From the NCBI GenBank assembly GCA_001600815.1, contig BCKZ01000025.1:186001-247293 (forward strand): 61,293 bases of DNA, given 5' to 3'. Below are positions 44,843 through 57,535 of the stretch, piece after piece. The stretch is from Alloascoidea hylecoeti. Taxonomy: Eukaryota. Positions within the stretch are counted from its first letter, which is position 1, and each line of letters opens with the position of its first letter. Under the pieces are notes generated by a model. The model was not told the DNA's origin. It ran no database searches and saw nothing but the letters and a program-made list of their open reading frames with translations. Position numbers and translations under genes: made by a program.

Positions 44843-47800
44843 TTATTCTTGGGTGAAAGGAAGACTATTGATAACTTCATTAGTAGAATCAGTTGCTTCT
44901 TGCATCTCTGTGTCATCGTCAGCAACTTGCAACTGAGGTCTTACTGTTTCATTATTGACTATTTGGGTATCAGCCATAGTCCTATCCAGCATTTCCGTAT
45001 CCTCTTCTGCATTTTCTATTGTGAAAGGCAGATTGTAGTTGGTAGATTGTTTGGCTGAAATACCATCATAATCATCTTCATCACTATCATCTAATATTAC
45101 TCGCCTTCTAGTTTGTGTTGACTGGCCATGTTGAGTTGCATCATCCACTTCTTCATCATCATCATCTTCTTCCTCTATCCTAGCGATCTTTTTTGCCGAA
45201 TTAACTTCAAAGTCACTTTCCGAATCGAAATCAGAGTCTACATGTGAATTTGAATCTAACAATTCCTTTGAATGTTTATCACTCATAAATAATTCATCAT
45301 CGTGATCTCTTTCTCTTGGATTAATATCCGGGTGAACTACTGGGTCAGTGGTATGAGATTTGATTAATTTCCAACTTTCCTTCATAGCCATTAATGTTGG
45401 GCCATTTGTACCTTGATCACTAATAAGTTCACGTAATTTTTGTTCTTTTTCAAAAAATTCTTTATATTTTTCATCATCTGAATCATCATCTGTATCTGCA
45501 ATGAACTCTGAGCTTTTAATCTTAATGCTTTGATGATTATTAGTAACCTGCTTCTTCCTTGGTTCTCGTTCATCCCTTGTATGCTTTCTGTGCCTTTTAT
45601 GAGACTTCTTTTTATGCTTATGGGTCCCTTTCTTACGTGCAATGCCTTTAGGTAATACAGCTCCATCATCATCCAAAATTGGATCATACTCAAATGGATT
45701 GTTTTCATTGTTGGAGTTTGAATTAGTGCCATGAACTGTAAATGCAATATCTTCATCACCATTATCACCATCGGTATCGTTATCATTCGATGAATAATTC
45801 ACATCAAATATATCAGAGTCGTCGAATGTATGATTTTTTGGTTTTCTTTTAATGTAATCCATGGCAACTTTGTTTTCATCAAATTCAACTGTTTCATTAA
45901 GATATTTCTTAATAGCTAGATCAGCTTCTTCGAGTTTTGCAATGCTAACATTCGATGTGATTACACAAATTTCAGTAGGAGTTTCCGGTAAAGTTGCTCC
46001 AATTGTTGAAAGTAATAATCTCAATTTACCATTTTTAATAAGAGCTTTCTTTTGCTCATCATCAACAGGGACGATTGGTTCATCTGGTGCTGAAAATGGA
46101 TCAATACTATCATTATTATCAAGAGCCATTAATTGTACCCAACTTCTTCTCTTATCAATGATAGAAGATATTGATTCAGAAACCCATTGCACTAATTCTC
46201 TTTGATTATCATCAATGAGTGCGGCTACAATAATAGCAAATTGTTTTTCAGGTGGAATATTACTCTTAATAGCAAGTTCTGCTGCTATTCTTACAGTCGG
46301 TATTTTCTTTTCTTGTTGTTCACCATGTTCAAGATAATACATAGTATTATGCATCTTAGTGAATAGTAACTCAACAAATAAACTCGGTGTTTGCTCTAAA
46401 TTCTTTCTTAACTTCTTCATATAATATTTTAGAAAATGTGATAATTCTTTTCTCACTGGTGATGAACGAGATAATCCTTCAGAAGTATCAGAGAGCATTG
46501 TATGAAACAATAACATTAAATCAAGTTTATAAAGATAAACATGACATTCTCTTTTAACAAAAACTCGGTAAAAGAATTTTAAACATTTTTTAATTTGTTG
46601 ATCTGATAATTCCTGATATCTTGACAAATATATTCTGTATGTTTCAATGCTACCCAAATGAATATATTTAGATTCAAATTGACTAAAGTTGAATTTTCTG
46701 TCGTTTGATTCTTTTCGCCCAACACGTTCGATATCATCGTCATTCATTTCACCTTCATACTCATAATCAGTATGAGTATTTGTATAACCCCCTGCAGGTT
46801 CATTTGATTTTTTCTTACTACCCCTTCTCTTTGATTTAATGAAAATGATTGTATCTTGTTTAGAATAATCTTCTAATGTCTTTAAAATCAAATGTGTCAA
46901 ATCAATTACAGTAGACATATATTCTGGAGAGTGTAGATAAGCTGTCCTTGGAATTGTTGCTAGTAAATCAAGAGAGAATTCTTCATAAAATAATCGAGTT
47001 TTAATATTTTGAGCAATATCCCTATCCTCTTCTGATTCACTTTTTTGCATTACTAAAATTGTTTGTAAAATCTGTGTGAAACAAATCATACTAGCATGAA
47101 CTAAATTCCATTTCTATTCCAAATATGTGTTAGTTTTTTAGTTTATAAATATAGAGAGGAAACATTATAATATACTAACCTTTGATTCAAAGCTTTCCCT
47201 CATTATCTTCATTATGATAATAAAGTTCTCCTGTCTTAGCGCAGCACCAATCAATCCAAAATCAATAGTAGTATCTTCATCTAATTCATTATCATCATCA
47301 ATCTTACTCTTTTCTGAAAATTTCTTTTTATTATATTTATCAGCATGTTTTACTCTTCTATCCTTTTCTGCTTCTAAAAACCAGGCAATTACTAATAAAT
47401 ATTGTTGTTGATTTAAAGGTAAGATACTATCAGCATCTCGCTCTAATTGTTTTCTCATTGCCATGATTAAAGGATTAAATGCACCATCTAGAAATTGTTC
47501 AATAAATTCTCTAAGTATTTTAAGGCCCCGATAACTTATTGGAGTAATCAAACCGAAATTATCATCTGAATCATAGTTAATTTTATCGGAATATGGATTT
47601 CTCCATTTTTTCGAAGCATCGAGTTTATTTAAAGCTCGCTGTTCAGAAAGAAGGGCATTTTGGCCAGAAACAGTCATTCTATTTTGATTCTCTAATTCAA
47701 TAGATAAAAGAGATCCAAACCTATTATGACGAGTTGGTGCATCCCTAGCTATTTTTCTTTTAATATTATGTTCTCTAAGTAATAAATTTTGTAATTGAAG

Positions 47801-48871
47801 TCCTGAAGTTGTAAGTGTCTTTGGATTTGGGTTAAGAAAGTTTAATTTTGAATGTGGTTTTGAAGTTGAGGAGATTAATGGTGTAATTGTTCCATTTTTG
47901 GGATTTTTGGGGGGTTGAAGTTCAATCATAGCGGCACTATATTCGAATAATTCATCTGCTTTGACTTGATTAATAAGAAAATAGACAGCCTCCATTACTC
48001 CAACACCTAAAATATCTGGATCAAATTCATAGGATAGGCCACCGGTTATCATTAATAAGAAATCAAATACATCTTGTTTATCAAATTCTTCAATAACTGT
48101 AGAGATTGAAATATCATCAGGATCAATTTCTGGGGGTAAATTACTTTTATAACTTGTGTTTTGTGACTTACTTTTCCCTCTGGAATCGACTGATTCTGCT
48201 GCTTGTGGTTCTAATCTTAATAAATTTCGAAAGAAGTATACGACAAGTCTAATAATACCATTATCTCTTGATGTTCTATCAATTTTCGGTAATGCTATTG
48301 AAGGTAATGTGAGTCTTACAATAGCATGAAGAATTTTCCCACTTGGGTGAGATAATATGGCGTGCTTATATCTTAACTGAGATGTTTGTAAAGCTTGAAT
48401 ATGTCTTACTTGATTAATAGTACTTTCACCAGGAGTAAGTTCTAAAGGCCATGTCAATTGAACCAATAATTCCAAACAAGCAACAGCAATTTTATCAAAA
48501 TATTTTGAATTCAGTCCCTTATCACTTTTTTCTTCCCATATAGCTATGATGTTTAATAAATCTCCTCTAACTAAGCTCGTTTCACTAATAGCACGAGCTA
48601 CATCCCATTTCTTTTGTTTTTCATCATATCCCTTTATCCACCTCTTCAAATCTCTTAAACAAGCCAAAGCATCATCACCCAAGACATATGTAGCATTAGG
48701 ATCTGTGTGATCTGGACCACCAAGAGCTGAGACAAGAGACGTAATATGTGCTTTAAGGACTGGATTAACAGCAGAAGAAATGGTTGCATTTTGTTCAACA
48801 AGCAGGTTTGTTTCATTAATCATTTCATCTACATTTTCAATACTGGTAGCATTAGCAGTAGCAGCTATCAT
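44843..48871 (-). CDS. TOF1: Timeless/Tof1 fork-protection protein, exons 48871-47180 and 47113-44843 (1320 aa)
   Basis: SLVSALGG, YVLGDDALACLRDLKRW, LELLVQLTWP, TRHNRFG; 66-nt intron GTTAGT..ACTAAC..TAG joins the two ORFs in frame (ESK|KWNLVH). Confidence 0.92.
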
Positions 48872-48932
48872 TATGAAAAACTTGTGTATTGATGAGTTAA
48901 AATGAATAACTAATAAAATAGATTTGACAACA

Positions 48933-48966
48933 ACGCGTTATTTTAAAATTTCTAAAATTTCGCGTT
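48933..48966. promoter_or_regulatory. MCB (ACGCGT, 48933-48938) plus ACGCGAAA (minus strand, about 48958-48965): G1/S elements upstream of TOF1
   Basis: two CGCG cores 60-95 bp upstream of a replication gene in very AT-rich DNA. Confidence 0.7.
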
Positions 48967-49667
48967 GAAGTCGTGAAAAATTACCCTACTTTGGAGATGT
49001 TATAAATTTCAAGTTTATGGCTACATTGAAAAATTTAAATGTTGCCTATAAAAATTAAAAATTAAAGCTTCACTTTGGTAATTAATATGCTATTGAGTCA
49101 TTCATCAAGATAAACTATATAAAAAAGGGGACGTTACCAATTGAAAAAAATAAATCATCTAATATAATATAGTGGGGGAAAAAAAAAAGATGAAAAAAAT
49201 TTCTGGATAAAAAAGATACATAAAAATGAAAGTTTCAAAAAACAAAAAAATTAGAAAAAAAATGACACATCGAGCTTTAAATTTAGACAATGACAAAAAT
49301 AATATATAATAATAGATGATAAGTAAATAACTGGGTTAAAGTAAAGTAAAGTAAAGTAAAAATTTAAAGCATAAGAGTAATATTAATAATTTTATATGGC
49401 ATCAATAATAGAAGAATACAAACCAGAAATATACAGATATAACTGACCTAACCAAACAAACACCTTTATATATAAAATATGTCATATAAATGTCATGTTA
49501 ACATATAAACGAAACATAACATTTATCATTATGGCAAATAGTATTATGTAAGAAGTATGGTCTAATGCATAATAAGTGGGCTTTCCTTTTCCTTTCTCAT
49601 CCATAAATTTGGCATTGAATACTAATGCCAATAATTAAAAACCTTGTTCTCTAGCTAGCACCTCCAA

Positions 49668-52643
49668 TCATGGTATCGTTGTTGTTGGAGTAGAGGTATG
49701 AGCTATGTCCTTATCAACTTCAACACCCTTTGTTCTGCATAATGGACACGAATTACGACCAGTAGTTAACCACTGATCAATACAATCTTTATGAAACATG
49801 TGATTGCAAGAAGATAATTGTCGACAAGTATTACCAGTCTCGAATTCTGATAAACATACTAGGCATCTATCAGTAGGATCAACCAATACAGTTCCTTCGG
49901 TTTTATTAGATCCGTCTTCTTTATTACTTTGATTGGATGTTGATTTATTTCCCCTCACTTCAGCAATAACTAATCCACCAGATTTATCAACATCTTCTTG
50001 CTTAGCTATTGGAGGTTTCACTGCTCCTAATAACGTTTGTAATTGTAAAAGGTCTTCATATGAAGGATTATCACTTAGTAAGCTTGGTGCTGATAAAATT
50101 GGATGATCTTCAGGGTATGTATTTCCGACAACATAAATAACCCATGAACGGTAAGGGGGGTCAGTATTCCCTGTGTTGGAATCATTAGTAATATTTGTTG
50201 TTTGTGTGCTACTTGAATTTGTATTATTATTAATATTGGATTCTCGGGTAGATGTTGTTGTTGATGATGTTGCTGCATCTCTTGATCGTAATCTTCTTGC
50301 TATTCCGCCTGTATCAGAAGAATCAGTTCTTCTTAATCTACTTCTTGTTGTTGGAATATTAATATTATTAGTCTCAAAACTTTGAGGTTCTAAAGATGTT
50401 GGAACCATTCCTGGGAATATTAATCCACTTCCTCTTGAACCATCATTTGAACCATTAGCTTGATCCGGTACAATGGATCTAACTCCGATAATAATGACAG
50501 GAACCATCGGTCTATTACTTTCATCATTTTCATTCCCGCTTGTAACGTTACTGCTTGTGGCTCCTTGTGAATTATTATTATTAGTAGTAGTATTAAAATT
50601 ATTGTTATTATTATTATTACTGTCATTATTAGTCTGTCCATTTGAATTTGAATTAGAATTTGAATTAGAATTTGAATTAGAATTAATAGCAGGAAATCTA
50701 AATGCTCTAAAAAATGACATTGAATCACCATTTCTACCATTATTATTACCTTCATTATTTTCATTATTTCCAACATTTGCTTCTTGATTTCTAGTTAATT
50801 CACTAGATAATAAAGTTCCAGAATTTAAAGAATTTAAAAATGAATTAAAGGTTGCATCAGCATTTGGATCAGCACCTCCATTTCCAATCCTTTCACCCAT
50901 AGTTGTTGATAATTCACTTCCAACTAATGTGGTGGCAGTTGCAACCGTTGCAATAGACAACAGTTGAGACAACATTCTAACTTGTTCTTCTAAAGAATTT
51001 TCAGGGCTTGGGGTTGCTGCTAATGTTTGTTGTCTAGTACGACGACGGGGCAGTCTATTTAAACTAGGAAAATTCGGGTCACGGAAACTAGAACCAGCAG
51101 TGATACCGACACCAGTTCTTTGAGTATGTGATCTAACCGGTAAAGAAGTTAAGAAGTCACCAATATCTGGTAGGCTTGGTTGTGGTATAGAGAAGTTAGA
51201 ATCAGCACCAGAAGTATCTGATTGAACATCATTAGTAGTATTTGAAGAAGATGAAGTTGAATGGGATGACGGGAATCGAGTTCTAGTATTTAGTAAACCA
51301 TTTAGAAAAGAAAAGCTTGATCGTTCTCTTCTAGAACCACGATTTAAAGTAGTAGGTAATAATCGATCTCTTCTTGTTTGACGATTTATAGCATTTGCTA
51401 TTGCACCTGCAAAATTATCATCATCAGCGTCTTCATCAATGGTATTATTTAAAATAAGATTATTGGGATCCGTTGATGATGGTGTTGATATTCTAGGGGT
51501 TGTTCTGGACAGCATCGACAATAAGTGTTGACGATCAGCACGCTGTTGTAATCGTCGAACTCTAGTTAACCGAAATCGTCTTCCAGAAATTGAAGTAGAA
51601 TTAGAGTCTGTATTCCTTAGAGTTGATGATGACGTTGATGAATCGCCAGTTCTATCTCTGACTATTCGTGTATTCCCAGTACCATTCGGGTTATTAATTA
51701 GATGTGGATGATCTAGACTCTGATTGGTACCATTTGTAATATTATTTGTAGTTGAAGAATCAGAAGAACCACCTAAAAATCTAGATAATCTTTGATTGGG
51801 AGCTCCTCCTCTTTGCCGGCTCATCATTGCTAAGACACTCATACGAGGTCTTCTATTTCTCTGTCTATTATTCTCTTCTGGTTGAACATGAGTTTGTGGC
51901 AGTGAGTCTGAATGGGGGTTAGAATGGGGAGTTGAAGTTGAAGCTGAGGTTGAAGTTGATGATGAGGATGGGGATGAATGTGTTATATGACCAGTAGATT
52001 GTTGGGAGTCTGTGATGGGAGTACTGTTTTGTCTTTGTCGTTGCCTCTGAGGCTCATCCTCCGTTTGATTGGTCGACGTAGTGGGCGTAGGATTCTGAAT
52101 GGTTTCTTCGGACCCAATTAGGAGAGGATTACTCTGTCGCCGTTTCCGCTTTTTGTCTTTGGGAGCAGAGGCTGGATGGATGTCGGATATTCGATCAGGG
52201 CGGGTTGAGTCATCATTTGGAGGGAGGCCCTTGCCAGCAGGCTCGTCAGAAGAGCCGATCATATTTGCGTGGTTGGAGGTGGAAAACAGGGGAGAAGAAG
52301 AGGGCAAAGTGGTAAACGATCCGGTGTTGGGAGGGGACCGGGTAACAGAATTTGTAGGCAACAGAGACCCGGCTGGAGCGGTGCTGTTGGGTGTGGCAGG
52401 GGCCGTGTGGTTACCGAGTACCGCAGACGGACCCGAAGAGGATGAACCTCCTGTATTATTCTCTGGATCGGCAGAACTCTTCTGTCTTTGTTTTTGTTTT
52501 TGCTTTGACTTCGACCTTGTCTTGGGGGCTCTCGTGGGATGTGTGTTGCTGGTTGTGTTGGAGTGCTTGGGTTTGTGCCTGTTTCTGACGGATTGTGATA
52601 GGTTTCGGATTCCCTTGACCAGTTTTTGTAGATCAAAGTGCAT
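49668..52643 (-). CDS. C-terminal RING-H2 finger protein (putative E3 ligase) with a long low-complexity N-terminus
   Basis: CLVCLSEF..CNHMFHKDCIDQWL..CPLCR preceded by SWVIYVVG..PSYEDLLQL..VKPP. Confidence 0.88.
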   Translation of the reverse strand: MHFDLQKLVKGIRNLSQSVRNRHKPKHSNTTSNTHPTRAPKTRSKSKQKQKQRQKSSADPENNTGGSSSSGPSAVLGNHTAPATPNSTAPAGSLLPTNSVTRSPPNTGSFTTLPSSSPLFSTSNHANMIGSSDEPAGKGLPPNDDSTRPDRISDIHPASAPKDKKRKRRQSNPLLIGSEETIQNPTPTTSTNQTEDEPQRQRQRQNSTPITDSQQSTGHITHSSPSSSSTSTSASTSTPHSNPHSDSLPQTHVQPEENNRQRNRRPRMSVLAMMSRQRGGAPNQRLSRFLGGSSDSSTTNNITNGTNQSLDHPHLINNPNGTGNTRIVRDRTGDSSTSSSTLRNTDSNSTSISGRRFRLTRVRRLQQRADRQHLLSMLSRTTPRISTPSSTDPNNLILNNTIDEDADDDNFAGAIANAINRQTRRDRLLPTTLNRGSRRERSSFSFLNGLLNTRTRFPSSHSTSSSSNTTNDVQSDTSGADSNFSIPQPSLPDIGDFLTSLPVRSHTQRTGVGITAGSSFRDPNFPSLNRLPRRRTRQQTLAATPSPENSLEEQVRMLSQLLSIATVATATTLVGSELSTTMGERIGNGGADPNADATFNSFLNSLNSGTLLSSELTRNQEANVGNNENNEGNNNGRNGDSMSFFRAFRFPAINSNSNSNSNSNSNSNGQTNNDSNNNNNNNFNTTTNNNNSQGATSSNVTSGNENDESNRPMVPVIIIGVRSIVPDQANGSNDGSRGSGLIFPGMVPTSLEPQSFETNNINIPTTRSRLRRTDSSDTGGIARRLRSRDAATSSTTTSTRESNINNNTNSSSTQTTNITNDSNTGNTDPPYRSWVIYVVGNTYPEDHPILSAPSLLSDNPSYEDLLQLQTLLGAVKPPIAKQEDVDKSGGLVIAEVRGNKSTSNQSNKEDGSNKTEGTVLVDPTDRCLVCLSEFETGNTCRQLSSCNHMFHKDCIDQWLTTGRNSCPLCRTKGVEVDKDIAHTSTPTTTIP

Positions 52644-53055
52644 TATAATTATAGCTATAGGTGGCGATTTTGATCAGGATAAGATACTGTAATAAGTTGC
52701 TGTTCTGCTCGCGACTACCTCAACAGTCGTTTTTTCCCTATAGATTTAATGATCTTGGGCTATGCTCTGCTGCTCGGAATGAAGAGAAGGAGAACGGGAG
52801 TGTCTGAGGGTCTGGAAGGGATGAAACAGCAAAGACTTGTATATATGACAATTGCAATTGAAGTAGCTATGGTAGCTAGCTATACTGGTATAGGTTTATA
52901 TCTGACACAATATAAATTACAACTTGAAGAATAATGGCAATTCCAATGTGCATAAAATGAATACTGATGCCAGCTAATATGAATATATGCACTAATACAT
53001 GCACGTGAGATACCATATCAGTATACTAACACTATGTATTATTTATAAGCTATAT

Positions 53056-54993
53056 TTAGTCCCTTTTAATCGCATTAAACATCTTTAATACAAATTTCCA
53101 ATTCGCTAACCATCCAATACTACCCAAAATTAACCCACTAATTAAACATAAAATGCTACATCCCATAATATAGATAAATCCACTAGTCCAATCTCCAAAA
53201 TTCCATTGGCTTATTACCAATGCGTGTACAAACATATAAAATGCTGATGCAAACCCATTGGTAAATGCTAACCATGACCATTTATGATTTTCATTTCTTA
53301 AATTATAATAAGTTAATGTTGTTGTTATAATAATGACTGAAATTATCATTAATGTAACTGCTAATGATAAAAATCCAAACATATAATATATTTTATTAAA
53401 CCATAATGATGATAAAATAAATGTTAATTCTGCACAAATTGCTCCAAATGGGAAAATACCACTTATAATTGACGATGGAATTAATCTTAATGTAAATGGT
53501 TGTGGAGGAATTTGTCTTTCAATTAAATTAAAATGAATTGGTGTATCTGCTCCTAAAAATCTTGATAACCAACCATTTGGGTTTTTCTTAAAAACAATAT
53601 ATGATCCAAGTAAAGATAATGGGAATGATAATAATAATAATATAGCAAATAATGATGCAACAGTTTTGAAAGGAATAGCACCTGATGAATTAACATTAAT
53701 TAATGAATTATTAATTAATAAAACTAAAATGAAAACTGTACCAGGAACAACCAATGGTGTAAAAATCATATTATAAAAAACTTTTTCTCCTTGAAAAATT
53801 TTATAAATTGTTGATGATGTATAACCACCAATATAACTAAATAATGAATAAGAAATTAATCCCCATGTTGCTAAAGAGCCAGAAGTTTCTGGTGATATAA
53901 ATCCTAAAGCTCCAACAAGTAATGTAATTAATAAAGTAAAAGCTAATTGAATACCTGATCCAACTAATATTGATAATAATAATAAATGATTTGGTTTTCT
54001 AAAAACATCACCACTAATTAAATTCCAAGAATCAGCATCATCATAATCTTTTTCTTCTAATGTATTAGCTAAAGGAATTTCATCATCTGATTTTTTATTA
54101 TTAAATCTTAAAATATCATTTGCAACATTTCTAAATAAAACATTAAAAGATAGAGCAACTAAAAATGCAGCAATAAGTCCAAAGTTTAATAATGTAATCC
54201 ATTGAATAGTTGGATCAAACGAATGTAAATATTGATCCCATCTATCTGACCATCGAATTGGTGAAGATTCAAAATGAATATGATATGTGTAAACAACAGT
54301 TTGTGTAATTTCTTCATTTAAAGCAACTTGTGGTTCAAGTGAACATTTTAAAGGTTCAAGAACACGATCTAAAGATTGAGGATTCATCGTTGCACCAACG
54401 ATTCTATATTTATTACCTTTAACTTGATGATATTTAACCAAAATATCAAAATGATTATATAGATGAGCTACCTTATTCTCATCAACATAACCCATTTCAA
54501 AACCAGGAGAAATGAAATCTGAATGAGTTCTTGAATCATGAATATATTGACCAATCGGTACACCATCAATCATCAAATTAATTGAATAACCTCTTCTAAT
54601 TAAATCGTTGGTGAATTTTGCTCTTTCGGGAGTATATTCAGACGCACACATTAAATGACAATTATCAACTTCTAACATTTTAGCATCTTCATATGGAGAA
54701 TTAAATATACGATCACCAAATAATGATTGGCCTAAAGATTCAGATTGTTTTATTTTTTTATCTTTTGGAACACAAAACCCAAGAAGAGGGTTGTAATAAT
54801 CATATGAATATAGATGTAACTTATCATCTTGCCCTGGACCATTTGGTGAAACATGGTTCACAGTAATAGGCAAAGTATCGCCTTCTGAATAAGTTCTTCT
54901 GGTTCCATGGCTAATATACCAGGCTGTAGAGGAGTTCACCAGTAAAAGTAGAATGAGTATCGGGGATGAAAAATTCGGCCAGGCGACAAACAT
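53056..54993 (-). CDS. nonaspanin TM9SF/EMP70(TMN)-family protein
   Basis: signal peptide, YSYDYY, ESLGQSLFGDRI, WNLISGDVFR, ENHKWSW, C-terminal KRD (KxD/E). Confidence 0.9.
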   Translation of the reverse strand: MFVAWPNFSSPILILLLLVNSSTAWYISHGTRRTYSEGDTLPITVNHVSPNGPGQDDKLHLYSYDYYNPLLGFCVPKDKKIKQSESLGQSLFGDRIFNSPYEDAKMLEVDNCHLMCASEYTPERAKFTNDLIRRGYSINLMIDGVPIGQYIHDSRTHSDFISPGFEMGYVDENKVAHLYNHFDILVKYHQVKGNKYRIVGATMNPQSLDRVLEPLKCSLEPQVALNEEITQTVVYTYHIHFESSPIRWSDRWDQYLHSFDPTIQWITLLNFGLIAAFLVALSFNVLFRNVANDILRFNNKKSDDEIPLANTLEEKDYDDADSWNLISGDVFRKPNHLLLLSILVGSGIQLAFTLLITLLVGALGFISPETSGSLATWGLISYSLFSYIGGYTSSTIYKIFQGEKVFYNMIFTPLVVPGTVFILVLLINNSLINVNSSGAIPFKTVASLFAILLLLSFPLSLLGSYIVFKKNPNGWLSRFLGADTPIHFNLIERQIPPQPFTLRLIPSSIISGIFPFGAICAELTFILSSLWFNKIYYMFGFLSLAVTLMIISVIIITTTLTYYNLRNENHKWSWLAFTNGFASAFYMFVHALVISQWNFGDWTSGFIYIMGCSILCLISGLILGSIGWLANWKFVLKMFNAIKRD

Positions 54994-55699
54994 GAATTAG
55001 AAAGGGTGATATCGATGAAGAAAGAAGTTAAACAGGTGTACCTAACCTTATAACTCAACTTTTAGCATGGTTACGACCGGTACTGGAATTACACCCATTC
55101 CACTAAATACTCTTAGCGTGTATTTTGAAAGTGCATTTACTGCATTTGTGCCTATAAATATAAATAACCCTATTTGTGATCTATAATCAGTTATAATCAT
55201 AACGCTGTTTTTTGCACTTATAATGCGTTTTTCGTGCTCCATGTTTTGATTTATACAAATTTACACCACCTTTTTAATTTATTTGGTGCTTTGTCCTCAA
55301 TTTATAGTTGTTACTAAATCTCCAGCTAATTTCCTTCACTCTTGTCTTTCAACAATTCTTTTGCCCACCTAGGAATGTTGGCTCAACTTGGTTGGCTCAA
55401 CTTGGTTGGCTGTGTTGTTTTTTCCGATATTTTTCCCGTTGTTTTGTAGATAATTTCAGTTTATAGTCATTGTTATCGTTAATTTATGTTGTCGGCTCGA
55501 TTATATTACTCCTCAAGAATACATGATAATCATCATGAAATACCGGTATACTATAATTAGAAGCCTCTTGTGATTTGTCATATTTCTTTCTAGAAACGTT
55601 AACTTTAAAATTCAAAAAAAAGCAATTTGTTTCCAATTCCAATGTACACATTGAAAATATTCTAATTAATCTAAATTAAATCTAAATTAAATCGAAATT

Positions 55700-55937
55700 A
55701 AATTCCATTTCAGCGATATCTCCTTCATCATTTAGAGATATGGCATTATTCCATTTAAAAAATGTATCTTCAAAATGATAGTTATTGAACCTTTATGGTT
55801 TAGGGTAGAATTTTCCAATTACTCTTCGATCATTTGTTCCATGAAACCAATTTTTCTAATAATGATTCAAGTTCAAGGAACTTATCATTAGTTTCATAAT
55901 TAAAATCTCCAAGAAAAACGTTCGAGAGAGAAAGCAT
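55700..55937 (-). pseudogene. frameshifted relic of the C-terminal half of the 210-aa orphan gene
   Basis: reads GDFNYETNDKFLELESLLEK / IGKFYP / HKGSITIILKI / MEF versus GDINHETDTKFRELESILER / VSKFYP / HKGLITIFLKI / MEF. Confidence 0.75.
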
Positions 55938-56902
55938 TTCCCCTTTTTATGTTGCTTGAAAATTAGGAATAACTAAAAGAGGATTGATTATTTGGAACAG
56001 AAAGTTGAATGTTACATTGCAATTGTAACCTGATCATGTTAAATAGGTCGCGATAATATTTTTTATTACCTGTAAGGCTTATAGCTAGTTACGGCAAAAT
56101 GTCGCACGACCTCCCAGAGCCCATCTCCAACACTTTTGTATTTGCCCATTAATATTTAACACACACAATTATTCAAATTTTTACCAAGTTTGTTGTTATT
56201 CTCTTCCACTGATTTACCATCAACAAGGATTGAAATGCTATCGATGATGTAATGATAACCAGCGTTTGATCCCCGTTTGGACAGGTGCTGATTATAACCT
56301 AGTTATTATCTGACTTTAGTGTTTGTTTAGATAGAAAATAATATATCCAGGATACACAGGCTAGTAGATACATGGAGTTGACAATCTTGCAGAGTTTTAA
56401 TTGATATCTTTTTGCCAATAAAATATTAATTTTTTAATACTATTTGCTAAAACGGAGCATTTTAGACATTTCTCTTTGTGTTTTCCAATTTCATGTCACT
56501 TCTGCCACCCAATTGCTTTTTTGATAGTATCTCTTCATATCGCTTCTAAATCCAAGTAACCAATAGATATCATTTTCCTGATGAGTTAGCTTTTATTCAT
56601 TATTTAAACAATGGTATAGGCCGATGAGCATTAACATGTAATGGTAATCACTTTTCCTTGAGGTGGTCTAGGAACCACAACTTAACCGTTATATTTTCTC
56701 TCCAGCTAGCCACATTGTATCCTAATTTAATTCAAGATCCATAAAGTTTCAGTAGTTACTTTTGAACATTGGAATATATATTTCCAAGCCATATTTATCA
56801 CTGAATCATATTTGGATTGTAACGACCATTTTCATGTTTGGTTACAGGATACACCGAATATTAAATAACAATTATAATGTCTATTAAAAATATGTATTCT
56901 AA

Positions 56903-57535
56903 TTAATTAAGTTCCATAATAAATTCCATGCCAATGTAATTATTTTCATCATGATCATCTAAAAGTGTATACGAAACTATCTCATTCAAAAAAGGAAATA
57001 TCTTCAGAAAGATAGTTATTAATCCTTTATGACCATTAGGATAAAATTTTGAAACTATTTTTTTAATATCATCGGCTGGGACTGATTTCTTGAAAGCCCA
57101 TCTTTCCAATATTGATTCTAGTTCACGGAACTTGGTATCAGTTTCATGATTAATATCTCCAGGCATAACTTTTCGGAAAGTTAAGGAATTACCATCATCA
57201 ATAGTGTATTCATATGGGACGGCCACTTTACTGTTGATGGTATCTGGATTGACGTCGACGTCGACATCGACCGAAACAACTGAGGAAGCTGAATTGACTG
57301 TGTCAGGAATAACTGGAATAACAGGAGTAACAGGAGTAGTTGGAGTTGGAATTTGTTTTACAGTGACTGGTATCAAATCATTATAATAATCATTGTAATG
57401 TTCATTAAAGAGATATTCAGCATTGAAATATTCGACGTCCTCATCTCCATAATAATCATAGTCATCAACAAAATCATTATTGAAATAAAAATTGGATTCA
57501 GATGAGCCTTTTTGTGGGGAGGTTCTACAAAGCAT
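56903..57535 (-). CDS. orphan 210-aa protein, left-arm copy
   Basis: intact ORF; acidic/aromatic N-terminus, P/T/V linker, globular-looking C-terminus that is conserved in the older relic. Confidence 0.7.
   Translation of the reverse strand: MLCRTSPQKGSSESNFYFNNDFVDDYDYYGDEDVEYFNAEYLFNEHYNDYYNDLIPVTVKQIPTPTTPVTPVIPVIPDTVNSASSVVSVDVDVDVNPDTINSKVAVPYEYTIDDGNSLTFRKVMPGDINHETDTKFRELESILERWAFKKSVPADDIKKIVSKFYPNGHKGLITIFLKIFPFLNEIVSYTLLDDHDENNYIGMEFIMELN

Noticed and set aside
56240..56285. tRNA-like A-box/B-box fragments
   Set aside because: No anticodon arm or acceptor stem pairing; B-box mismatched
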